A stretch of DNA of 64,000 nt from Lytechinus pictus. Taxonomy: Eukaryota. The notes under the pieces are model-generated. The model saw only the letters and a list, made by a program, of their open reading frames with translations, ran no database searches and was not told the origin of the DNA. Location: contig NC_087251.1 in the NCBI RefSeq assembly GCF_037042905.1, positions 26,352,001 to 26,416,000 of the forward strand, given 5' to 3'. How positions within the stretch are numbered: position 1 is the stretch's first letter; each line of letters begins with the position of its first letter. A program made the position numbers and the translations under genes. Below, piece after piece: positions 1 through 13,200 of this stretch.

Positions 1-1660
1 GGTGACAAATTCCCCTTGCTATTCTGCTATTTTTTCCCCTCCTCCCCCTAGTCGTTGTCTTTATTAAGCCGCACACAACACAGCGGATCATGCATGAGTC
101 CGAGAGAGAGAGGAAACATGGGAGTCCTGAGGTGGCGATCACATCCGAGCGTCCCTCGATGGCTGCGCAGCACTCGTTAGCTCTGCATCCTAGGCCGAAG
201 CTTGAGCTGTCTGGTCTGATATTCACCAGTTAACCGTCGCGTGTGGTTACAAGTGCACTCCGGGTGAGTCATTCACCGATGCAGGCAGGGTTTGCGTTCC
301 CCTGCACAAAACCTCACCATCTGACCCCACACGAGGGAGCTCTACCACCACGACTCCACACAGGATGCCCCCAGTTAAAAGTCTACCACAAATTATCTAT
401 TGCTTCCATGGCAAGGGCTCAGGGTTCCGTTGTAAAAGCAGGGCAATAGAGCACTCAAAAGCAGGACAACAAACACTGATTGAATTATGACAGAGTTCTT
501 TCCCTATTGCCTCCTTGATAAAACTATTAAATGGATCTTGTGTCATTGAATCAATGGCCTCGGTCCAGAATCAAGTGACGTGATAATTACGTGCTAATAG
601 TCTCATCATGACCAACTTAATCTCATTTCCACAGCTCATGTTGTTTTTAAACAAAAAATATTTCTGGTTAGTAATCATGGATGACATGAAGCACATGTTT
701 TTGATTTCTCAAATTGACCAATATCGCTATTCATATTTTTCTCTCTCCACCTCCCCCCCCCCTCTAGTTTCATTATTAATAAAGGCAGGTTTTCTTTAAA
801 AAATACATACAAAAAATTGACATATTCTAAATATTTCATGCTTACTAATCATAGCAAGTTCTTACAACCTGTCTTTATTTATGTTTTTTTACTTGGGGTG
901 GGGTTGGTATTGGTATTTACTGGTGATGAAAGCGATCCTTTTAACAATCTTACATTACTATACACATCAACATCGACACATTCAATTGCTTCATTGGTTC
1001 TGTTCCCAGCAGACTTGTATTGTTTCAAGTTATTTGACACATAAGAAAGATATCCTCAATTATTAAATTATTATAACTGCACCATACTACTCATCGTCAA
1101 GGGATGTTGTGGAGAATAAAAAGGTATGACATCTATTAAGACACCTCTATTAACGGTCATAGAGTCTGCAATCTTTATTTGCACTTCCTAAAGTCCAATT
1201 ACCATGAATTACCTTCCATTAGTCAAGTTCAAATGTTAAGCTGGATAGGGAGGTTTTATTTGATCTATGTGATACACCCCTCTCACGTACCTAATCCCCT
1301 ATTTCTAGACAGTTACATTCATTACTTTAACACCTAGTGAGAATGACCCTAGGGGGCACTTCATAAAGCTGTTTGTAAGTTATGCACAACTTTACACATG
1401 ATTGGTAACCTTTTTTGTGCACATTAATAAAAATAAAAAAATAGAATTTCCTATATTTGACATGAGAAAGGTCAGTTTACTCTCATTGCTCTTGAGATAA
1501 TCTTCCTAAATGCTTTATGGGTTCAGATTGCTACGCATAGACCAGTAATCCCGGTTGATATCATCCTAAATCTGTACGCAAAGTTAAAAATCACTTTTGG
1601 GATTATCTCAAGAGCTGAGCAATACCATTCTTGTGAAACTTGGCACTGGTACACGTCCAG

Positions 1661-1805
1661 GGGCCTATTACAAGAAGAGTTGCGTTTAAACGCAAGTCAA
1701 ATTATCAAGAGCAAGTCCCGAATACGGGTGCCTCATTGGCTGAAAATCAAGTTGCGCAAGATTTTTTCAGTTGCATTTGATCGCAACTCTTTCTGCAACG
1801 GGCCC
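1661..1805. mobile_element. MITE, PIF/Harbinger-like
   Basis: Imperfect TIRs GGGCCTATTACAAGAAGAGTTGCG / CGCAACTCTTTCTGCAACGGGCCC flanked by a CAG duplication. Confidence 0.7.
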
Positions 1806-2292
1806 CAGGTCATGTAAAACAAGGATATCAATCCTCATCATACACAGGCTCCTGCACGATCAAGATTGCTTGACCAATGTGACGCAGCACTTTCATCAAG
1901 AAATCTCCTCAACCACACAGATGACTCCCATAGTGCACAGAGTGCTTCATGTCCAATGGCCTACCTCCAAAATCCCTTATATCCTTGTCTGTAAATGACT
2001 GCCAATATCCCCTCATTATTGTTTAGACCCTCTTCCCCCGTGTTGAGGTGTGAACTTGTGATAACCACCCCTAGCGACAGGTCTTTGTCTAGGCTTGGGT
2101 AGAATTTCATGAAAAATCTTCTCCACAGTATTCACTGACAAATTTGCTGTCAACCAACCAGATTTGTAAGTGCAATCAAGATATCTTCAGAATCTCAGCA
2201 TAACTGGAAATAATGCAATATTATGCTCATTTCCCATGCAGTTATTTTCCTGACTACTGAGAAAGCATGAATGCTTTGTAAGTATGCAACCC

Positions 2293-2436
2293 GAGGACCA
2301 AATGCTTATGGTTTTCTCCAAGGGACCTAATAATGAGGATAAATACCTTACCAAAGGGCACTGGCGAGCCAAGTGGGTATTAAACTCAGATCACTGGAAT
2401 CCAAAATCCCCGCTCTGACTGAGCTATTATACCTCC
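2293..2436 (-). mobile_element. Degenerate tRNA-derived SINE (CORE-like body)
   Basis: Minus strand shows TAGCTCAGTC (A-box-like), GAGTTTAATACC (B-box-like), then GTGCCCTTTGGTAAGGTATTTATCCTC. Confidence 0.5.
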
Positions 2437-5400
2437 TTAATCCCTATTAATTCCAATTACGTAAGTCAAACAGTATATAATAGTTCTTCATCTTTCTCAG
2501 TCAATGACCGATTATTTTCACTGACATGGCTCTGCACTATTCTTGTCATTATTCCTATCTGTGTTATGATTATTTTATATTGTATTAGATATATTTTGGT
2601 TTGTGAATGCTTGTACATGTCTATCTTTTTTAAATAAAAAAACTTAGAAAAAAAAAAAGTTTTACAAAATTCATTAATAATTCAGTCACTTTTTAAATTT
2701 CAATTAAATATTATGGTCAAGTGATTTATCCACATGTTGGATGTTACCTTTGATAACTGGAACTTTATCCTCAAAGATTATCACGCAAGTATCCTTTTAT
2801 TATGATATCAGACTGGATATCCCTTGTCTAGAGCCAATCCCCTACAAACAATGAAAACAGAACTTCAAGGCTGTCTCTACCTGAAAGATCTTATGTGTCT
2901 TTACATTTGTGGCAGTCCAAATAATTTCAGGATGCTAAGTGAGTTTTAATCACTGTGAATGCAACCAGAAAAAAAGATCATGCACAGGCTTCATAATGTT
3001 CATTTTTAAAATCAGAATGTAGATTTAAGAATTTATATCTATAGTTTCCCCCCAAGTCACTTTTATCACCATAATTACCAATCAAAATAAATTTTAAAGA
3101 CTTTGCATTTTATTTTTATTTTTTAATCAAAATGCAGCTCTCAGGATGATATCTTCATCTCTCTATATTATCTATTTTATAGGTAATATAGAAATTCATC
3201 CAATTAATTACATCGCTACAGTTCCCAATCAAAATATAGTTATAGATATATCATAAATACTAATCAATTATACTGGCTTTAGGAAGTTTGTTCATGGAAT
3301 CAAAATGCAGCTCAAAGAATTTTGGCCATTTTCTATATTTATCCATTTCTAAACTCTCTATGATTTTCTCCAATCCATTTCATCTCCATAGTAACAAATT
3401 AAGCTAATTAAACGGTAAATCCCTGAGCACGGTGGCTTCTTTTTCTGTAACCTTTCTGTGTATGACTCAAGATGTCATGTCTACAGTTAGCATTGAGAGA
3501 TGCCTGAATATCACCACATGTTCTAAAGATCAACCCGATGACTCTGAATGAGAAGAATATTTCCACCAAGGTTCAAGTAACCACAAAGCGGTGGGATCAT
3601 GTGATGATCTCCAAGAAAGCTTGCAAGGTTGTTGTGGATGTCTTATAAATTGTGATGTCACATATCCACTACTTAGGAGAAGGGACTGAATAAAGAAATG
3701 TTTTGACAAAGAAAGTGGGATTTTTTTCTTTAATACTTACTGTACATGTTGTTAGACAGTGTTGCACTTTTGTTCTTTCTTTGTTTATTATCTTTATCAT
3801 TTTCACTCAATGTATTTTCTTTATTATTCTTTAACCTATTGATTAATTAATCAATTCATATATTAATATTTTCATCTATTTACTTGAATATTCTTATTTG
3901 TATTCATTCATTTAATACATTTTTTTTTTAAAGTAAGGAAACTACAGCAAATAACCTATTTCGCCACACCACAAGAATAACCAAGTTCAAGTTTACATTA
4001 CAGTACACACTATACAATGCACAAAAGATGTTAAAGTTATCAAAATGAATTCACGCATTACAGGACTGCCAGTGCCCCCAATCCTTCCTGCTCATCAGGT
4101 AATAACTCATCATCAAAAAACATAAATATCTTAAGTTATCACCCAATACACATCTTCACACCATGACTAACATCACCCATTAAAGGTTTTTATCAGTTTA
4201 GACCTGCTTCATATTTTCTTAGCTGTCAACAACTCTTTCATGTAACAGGAGACCTTCGAATGGAGAAACTTGTCCTTTGGCAGGCAAGATTAAATCAGAT
4301 TTGTTGGCAAATTCAACTAACTTGAGGGAATAATGTGGGTTTGGAGTAGTGTTGTTGTTTAGGAAGGGGCAGGAGTATGACTCAGTTAGCCAGGAAAACT
4401 AGTTCTTTGTGAATGTATAGAAGACGGTTGTCATGTGATATTTTCATTCATTTAATTTTACATCCGATCAGTTGTTCAGTCAAGGCACATTAGGGTTTTG
4501 CTCTCTCTGAATATTACATGAAGAATTTAAAGCGTTTTGAAATTACCGAGCAAGGCCTTTACACACTAAAAGGCACAATCAATTATAAAATTAAGTGTAA
4601 CTGGAGGTCTACGGAAAACCTTAAATAAAAAGTTTCAATCAATCGTAAATCATTACACGTTTGGATTGTATCTCTTAACCTCATGATATACATGTAGTCC
4701 CTATATATCTATATATTGTTATTGCATTCTTTCTTTTTATCTTTCTGTCTTTATTTTCTTTCTTTTTTTAATTTTTCCATAGTTTATTCCTGAAAGCCAA
4801 ACTTAAAAAAAGCTACAAAATATAGATTAAAACTTGTTTCCCCCTTTATAGTGTTAAGAAAAATGTACAGAAATAACACCATAATGCATTATAAACAAAA
4901 CTTTGTAAATCACATAATGGAATTCATCCCCCCCCCCTAATTTAAATATATTTTCCATCTTATACAAGCATTCCCTAAAATAGGAAACAAGCTTCACAGT
5001 GCCCAATGAAGAATGTAATACCAATTCCACTTTATAGTTTGACACAAATGCCAAACTTTTCTTACAGGCTGTGATTTTTTGTATTATATACCCTAATTTT
5101 GTTATTCCATGGGCATTCCCTTGACTTAACAACTTCCCTGGCAAAAGCTCTTGTGACAACAAGTCATAGCTCACACTCATATTTTCCATAAATTTTGTTC
5201 ACACTTTCATTCTCTTTCCGATGGGTGACTCATGGCCAGTAGTTTGATTAAGGTTGTCATAATATGATTCACACGCTAAATACATGATAGTATGGAATTG
5301 AAAACACAGATGAAGATGGAGATAATGATTGCTTGGGGCACACTATACTACTCACAAACTATGATCAAATCCTGATAAAATATCTCAAATTCTGAAACCC

Positions 5401-7732
5401 TGAGATCTACGATCAAATCCTGATAAAGTCTAGAATATGGACCCATCTTTCTTATTGCAAGTAGGATCATTTTGTTCAAAAGGAAAGAAACAACATTTCC
5501 CAAAGGAGAGTGTGCAGAACACAGACTTGTCTAACTTCAGATTCTTTAATGAAAATTAGAAATGATTGGGAGATATGCTGCGTATGGTTACCCCACTGTC
5601 TACCCAATACAAAACCTAGATAGGAATGCAGAATTTAGTAGTCAATGGGTCACGTTTCACAAACCCCATAAAAAAAAGTTTGCAAGGCAGGTTTGAGCTT
5701 CAATATTTCACATATCTGATTGCCTACTAAGAGTGGGTGGTCCCTGAACAAAATCTATAGTAATAATGGTATTGATTAATTACCAGATTTTGCATGATGT
5801 GCTTGAGAATGAAAACGATTGTGTGCATGAATGCATACTGAGAGATGTGTGGTACACGGGTAGAGGAGGGGGTAGGAGTTATTATCAAACATGCACAATG
5901 ACTTATTGCATAAAAGATAAATTTAATACACGGTTTATAGAATTTCATGCGGTGTTTTAGTCCATTGAATACCGACCTCTGTACCCCTCTTTTTTAGTCT
6001 TTGTACAGAGATAGTAAACACATAATTGATAAACCTAGAATTCATGTGGCCAATAACATCCATATGTTCCCAGAGACATAAATCAAATGGCACAGAGCCA
6101 GTCAAACAGGTACCACTCGATTGCTCATACCATTTTAAATTGGAAGATTTGGGGTGATATACTCAACAGAGGTTGAACATCAACCAGGATTTGAGGAGCC
6201 AAATTTTCTATTAAATTTTTTTTTGAGAGCTTGATTAGAATAGGTTTTTAATGAATTATGACATGAGCTGCGCATCAAATACACTACATCAAATACAATT
6301 TTGTGCTTATGTGCTGGTGCATGTATAGATGTATCATTCAAATATTTAACAAGCATGAAGATATAAACAGATACAATTTTGACTATTGTTTCAAGTGATT
6401 CCACTCATTGAAAAGACATTTCACAGAGAATGAAAGGAAGAAGAGCATTTCCTCCAAGAGCAAGATGTGTCCTATGTATCCTTAGCACAAATCTATCGCT
6501 AGAGAGTTGTGTCACTTTAATTTATTGACTACAACTGTACTTAATACTGCAATGCTCATAGGTTTTGTACAGGGACCAATCAGTTCAATAAGCAAAATGA
6601 TTAAAGTTACTCAAACAAAGCAAATCACTTGCCTCCTACAAAACTAGGTGAAGGGAACATTTCAAATTTTGGACAACAGATGGGGTAGTTCAAAATCATC
6701 ATTGCTGCTTTTCTTCAGTATTTCAATCTATGGTGTGTGTGACTCACTCGGGTGAGAGATTTTACTTGTAAATCATTGAAAAATAAGTCCTGATTGCACA
6801 TATTTCACAAAGGCAAAAGAAAAAAAATAGGTTGGCAACAGAAACTACATGTAGGTTATAAGCAATTACCTGTATAGAAGTTCTAGCATTGTACAAATTC
6901 TACATTTAAAGCAGTTCTATTTAAATTAAAAACAGGACATAAAGCTGAAGAGAGTCTAGCTAGAAAGCACACACATATGAAAGCTCTACCAAATTACCCA
7001 TGACAATAATACTCTGTACATACATGTATATTGCCCAGAAGCCAAAGAAGTGTATGAAACCTAATAAAGCTCCACCAAAATACCCATGACAATCGTACTT
7101 TGAAAACATACATTGCACAGAAAACAAAGCAGTATAGAAAATACAAAATACTGAAATCCATATAAGGTGCTTTTGCATGTTCATGAAATGGAAAAAGAAA
7201 TGTGTATTTTAAAAATTAGTTTGAATGATCACATCCACACAAAAGCATGATGTGGCAGATTTCATATTGCCTATTGAAAATCATGTTAAACTTTTCTCTT
7301 TCAATGAAAAATATTTGAAAAGCATGTTCACAGTTCAATAAGGAACATTTTTATATCTACCCATAAACAAACTAACACAAAATCAAATGGGTTGGACCTC
7401 AGTTTAAAGTTTAGATATCTCATTGAAAGTATAAAGGAACACAGTTCTCACAAAGTGAAAATTACCAGTATTTGACACAATGCATGTACTAAAACCTTGC
7501 ACTATTTATGATGTGGCAAAGAGAAGTGCAGAGAGAAAGAAGAGAGAGGGATAGAAAGACAGACAGCAAGAGAAACAGAATAGAAAAAAGTAAATGCCAT
7601 CACATAATGCAATTATGATAATTAAAGTCAAGGAGAGAGCTCTAAAGAGACAGCAACAGCACACAAGGCACATCAAACCAATTTGACACCGTATGAACAG
7701 CTGCCATTACGGATACATTGAATAATACTCAC

Positions 7733-7738
7733 CGGGCA
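7733..7738 (-). CDS. SIPA1L: Candidate 6-nt microexon TGCCCG (adds Val-Pro)
   Basis: cacacAG|TGCCCG|GTGAGTA, preceded by a pyrimidine tract, CACTAAT and TGCATG. Confidence 0.6.
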
Positions 7739-10133
7739 CTGTGTGTTCAGACGTGAGGGATGGAAAGGGGGCAAACAAGTGTAACATGCATTAGTGTACA
7801 CAGGAATATATATATAGAGAGACGACAGCTAGAGGTTGCAATGTACCCCTATATATTCCCATCATCATAACAATTTGATGCAAATGTGTATTAAACCACA
7901 AATACATAAGTGTAATACACATCACTCCCAATAATGGTACATGCCTTTATCTAATATACATGTATGTTTGTATGATAATTTTCTTTCAACCTGTAAAGAT
8001 GCAATTGCAAAAGAGCAACATCGATTCTGCCATTCAACATTTCTACCACTTTTTTCTGAATACCGGCGGTAATAAAACAAGCAAATAGTATTTTCTAAAA
8101 TAGAATATATATTTCACTTAAATCTGAAAGAAAGAGTTTATTGCTGTAAAACATGTATATAACTATTCCACCAATGTAACAATATTTTCAGTATTGCAGT
8201 GAATGAATGAATATGTACTCAACATTTAGAAAATACTCCATATAATGCAATGCACTAGTCATACACTATTAAAAAATACAATGTGGTGACAACACATATT
8301 TGTAACTGCAAATATCTTGCCCCAAATTTAAATTCTTTGTTACAAAAGAAAAAAACAATATAAGTCCTCAACCTTTTATATACATGTATAATTGAGGGGG
8401 GTATAGAGAAAATATATGCAAGAATTTCACAGTATTACAAAAGTTGCTTGAAAAGTTGAATGTTAATAAAAATGAGTCCATGAGTGTTTTGGTGAATTGT
8501 TACAGGAATATGCACAAAAAATTATATTGGCTGTTTAAAATATACAAAAATATAATAAGTGTAAAATATGAACATGATAAAATGGATGGTCAAATTCTAA
8601 AGGGTATCAAAAGCAGGTAAAATGCATTAAAGGGAGAAAGCAAGCATTTGGCTATAATATCAGGAATATCTACACATCTACCATTCATATTCTTGAAATA
8701 TTTTTGAAATGTGTGACAACTCTTAGATATGTGAGCTACATACATGTGGAAATTATTAACAATTTTGCAAAAGGAGTGAATTTTCAAAAATGAATGCAAC
8801 CCCCCCCCCCCTTAAGCCCCAGTCTGAGTACTAAAATTGTTGGAAGCCAAAGATATATTTAAAAATACAAAAATTAGTTTGTTTGTTAGTTTATTTTTCT
8901 TATCATTATTCTGCCTTTTCCTCATGCTTTAATTGCTGAAGAAAATTATTTCAGCTATCAATCCCTCAATGCTTTGTATGATTTGATTGTCAAATAAGCT
9001 GATAAACTAAACATGTACTAACATTTGAGATTTGTGTCAAACTTGGCTATCCATAATTTTAACCACAGTTCAAAATACAGGCCAATATCTTCTGAATAAA
9101 ATGTTGAAAATTAGAATTAGGAATGAAACATGCAGATAAAGGGAAAAGGAGAATGATGCATCGGGGGCCATCTTCTCTAAGAGCAGGGATAAAAGGCGTG
9201 GGGATGTACAAAAAAAGACAGAGGATAAATATAGGCATGATGATGGTAATGTACAATGGTAATCTATGGATGAAGCAGATGAAGGGATGAAAATGTATAT
9301 CATTAGTAAACCATCAATTCAGAACAACTCCAACATGAATATAAAATGAAATTATTCCCACAATGAGAAACATACAAATTCAACTTGTTTGAACTGTAGT
9401 GACATGCATTAAATGCCTAGGAGCGTTAAATAGCAGATTCTCTAAGGGGCTGTTTTATAGAGCTGTAAATATGATACTGAACAAATGCAATACATTTTTG
9501 TGTGATAATTCTTAACCAACATTCAGCTGAAAAATTATCTTTGTAGATTAAAATTCTTATTGTTAATAAACATTTTATTGCACAGTTTATTACTTGTCAA
9601 CATTTGATTGGGTTAAGGAAAATTCTGTACTACATTGCTATCACACCAGGGAAAATTTAGGGTAATTTATTTAGTACAAAAACATGTTTAAATTGTTTGT
9701 AGTCTTGTGGTGGAACTTTATGGAGCATCCCACTACACTATAAATGCACAAATGAAATGAAAAGAAACTTTATAGCATTATCTCTGTTTAATTCATTAGT
9801 AAGCAGATGTAAGGGCTGCAATATAAATTTCAAATATCCAAATATCAATGAAACATGCATGAGTTAAAGAAATGCAAGCAACTATTGTGTTATCCCCAAA
9901 TCACCATGAAAGGAATACAAGGAGGCATGCATTGGTAATTTCTATAAATGAAGGTGTTTTTTCTACCTAAAACTCCTAAAATGAAAGGAAAAAGAAAAAA
10001 GATTATTATTTGGTGAATGTAATAAAAGGATGGTAGCATTCATGATAAAACCACAAATGAAAAACAAGCAAAATGAGATGATGAATGATGCGGGCTTCTA
10101 ATATGATGGTTGCACAAAATGAAGGTGTAATAC

Positions 10134-10247
10134 CATGAAATTCCTTGGCAGCCTTCACTAGGTTGTCCCAATCAAGGGTGTTGTTTGTATCTGGGAGGGG
10201 AAATCCCTGTGAGGTTAGGTCATCAGTACTGGCTGATCTCTCGTCTC
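10134..10247 (-). CDS. SIPA1L: SIPA1L exon 25 (GDERSAS...[23 protein letters not shown]), SPAR_C
   Basis: cttgtAG acceptor, ATG|GTATTA donor, phase 1->1; PLPDT/LDWxNLVxAAK motif. Confidence 0.9.
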
Positions 10248-13200
10248 CTACAAGTTCAAAGGTCACAGGAGGATAATATCGAGGAAGGGTAAACATCAAC
10301 GTTTCTTTATAGTGAGGTTTCCAAGTGATATAGTTTATGTTTTACATTCATGAATGAATAAGATGTCGTGAAGATGAACAGAAATTACAATCAGCAATAT
10401 GCAAATGGACACTTAAGGTTTCTTTGAATATGAAAACTTTTTCAGCGAATGTTGGATTTTATCAATCACAGGTGCAATTGAAACAAACCATTAACATCAA
10501 ATACTCCTTGACAAACTTGACTCGACTCTGATTATCAAACTGAGCACTACATTTACGCTTGGAGATGGTATATCACACAATGAACTTAATTCTGGTGATT
10601 TGAAAACCAACTGCTACTAGGATAAAGTTACAATGACTAATGGTTTGAATTCAGCAGTAAGTCTTGATTATATATTTACATATTACGCGGAGCCACAGTC
10701 ACATGCAATATATACAAACAATTTGAAATACAATATAATCAGCTGGTTTTCGACAAGCGCAAATATTTTCATTCCATACTGTTAAAAAATGTTTAATAGT
10801 ATTCTTAAGAGTAGTTTCAAGCTGTTTATAACCTTATAATGAATACTGGCCTGTTTATCTGTTTATAACATTTGTTCACTAATTTTAAAAAGCCCCAAGA
10901 CATCATGCACATATATAGAGCTAAGCTTAAAGGAGAATGAAACCCTTGAAACCAGCTGAATCCATATCAAAGAGAAAAATCAAAGAAACATATTGTTGAA
11001 AGTTTGAGGAAGATTGAATGAATAATAAGAAAGTTATGAGCATTTGAATATTGAGATCACTAGTGCCATGTAGATCCTCCCATCGGCAATGCGACCAAGA
11101 TCTGTGATATCACACACGTACAACTCCCTCATTACTTTAGTACTTATTTAACTTATATTCTCACTTTTATAGAGTCTATCACAAGGTGAGGTGTTCTCTT
11201 TATGAGATGACAAGTACAGAGGTTTCACAACATTATATCATTGATGAATCGTTTGTCATATGATTAGAATGAGCAAAAAGAGCTGTTTTGGGGTATATTT
11301 TCAGTGTCCAAATGGGAGAGTTGTACGTGTGTGACATCACAGATCTTGGTCGCATTGCCAATGGGAGGATCTCCATAGCATTAGTGATCTCGACATTCAA
11401 ATGCTCATAACTCTTTTATTGCTGGTCCTATTTTACTCAAAGTTTTGTTGATCTTATTCTTTGATTTTTCTGCTTTCACAAAAGCTAACTTGCTCCAAGA
11501 GTTTCATTCTCCTTTAAGGTGAACTATCTGGGACCCATTGCATGAGAGTTACTACTATTGTAACTTTGCCATCTGATGGTAACTGCCATGGTAACAATAC
11601 TCAACAGCCAATCAGAATCAAGGATTACATAAAAGAAACCATTGGATAACAAAGTTACCATAATAGTAACTTTTACGCAACGGGACCCTGTAGACTTGTT
11701 ATCTTTCACATCATCATCTCATAACTCACCATGCAACATGGTCTTCTCCGCTTGCATCTTGCTGGGCATGGCTCCGGACTGCGTGCTGGTCACAATGAAC
11801 TCTGACCTGGGTGTTGGATGGGACTGCTTCCTTGACCGGGGGTAGGTGCCCACATGGTTGGGAAGGCTCTCCTCCGAGACGGTCCGGTTCAAAGGAGGCG
11901 ACTGGGAGTTCAGTGTAGGGGTCTTATTCTGTTGTGCATTCTACAGAGTGTGAGATTTAATGAATGAGAGGAGGGGGGGGGGGTGGTGAGGAGAAAGAGT
12001 AAGAACAAGAAAATGTTTGTAAAATAATATATGCATTTTTCTCTGGAAATGATCTTGTAAAAATACAGTCCGATTCATCAAGGGTAGGCATTGCACTTTT
12101 GTTTTCTTTGTATAACGCATGAAACAAGAAATCAATAGATTTCACTTTCACATAATAATAACATAAAAGCATTGATCATACATGCATTCCCAGTATTTTT
12201 TTTTTTTTGGGGGGGGGGTTGTTAATACAACCAACAAGCATCAAGTCTAACACGTCAAATAAAAAAGTAGAATTAAAATTTTCGAATCAGTTGCCAACAC
12301 TGAAGATGAAAAGACAAAATTAATTCTGGTTTGTCAACTACTACTAGAATCAACAAAACTTGGTTAATAAAGATTAGGAATTTTAGTTGTTAATTTTACA
12401 TGTTGAAAACAATCTAATTCTTCTATTGACATGAATAATTTAAGATCACAACATCATGCTACTATAGGGGACAAAATCCAGCCAAGCACTCAGAACAAAA
12501 TCCCAATTAACCAACTCTTCTCTTTATCTCATATCTACAAGTAGAAACACAACCAATTCCTATTTTTTTTTAAATAGAAATATACCCTTTTAAGCTCTAG
12601 AATCTATAATCTAAAAGCATTAGATGATCTGCCAAACCTCATGATGTGGCTTGTTAAATAGAAATATAAAAACCAGCACCAATACAGAGTGCTTTAGAAA
12701 GCAGGTCCCACAAGTACCATTGCAAAGATGTCCAAAATCCCCCTGAATTATAGGGGGAAACAAAGCTGTTGTTCAGGAAAATTAGCATTAGTATGATGCC
12801 ACCGGATGTTCTATTTTGTACTTTTCACTAGTTTTAGCCTCAAATTCAAATGCAGATAAGTTTTTTTAAGGACTTATCTATGAGAATACCTGGGACCCCT
12901 TTTATACACTTTATCAAAAGGATAAACACGCTCTCGGCAAATCGAATGGGAGTATTTCAGAGGCTTGTAAGAGGCAACACCAAATGTCACAAGTTTATAA
13001 AACAGAGTCCACATCTCCAAATGGTGTGATTCTTCTTAAAATTAATCTAAACTTTGAAGTAATAATTTCCTTGCTACTTGCTCATGATTGAGAATGAATG
13101 AGATGTGCATTAATTAGTTTCACTTCATATTTCAATACCAAATATTTTTTTTCATATTGAATTCCAGAGTAGATCATTCACATTGTTGCAAGGGTGTTCA

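Noticed and set aside
5356..5358. 3-nt microexon tAG|TTT|GTGAGT
   Set aside because: No pyrimidine tract, another AG lies just upstream, and it sits in a small local duplication.
6742..6764. GTGAGT donor-like site within the CTCAC-TCGG-GTGAG inverted repeat
   Set aside because: The nearest acceptor gives a 17-nt frameshifting exon with poor context.
10006..10133. Read-through of exon 25 to the stop at 10006 as the true C-terminus
   Set aside because: Family similarity ends at the GT donor, and the extension looks intronic. Intron retention cannot be excluded.
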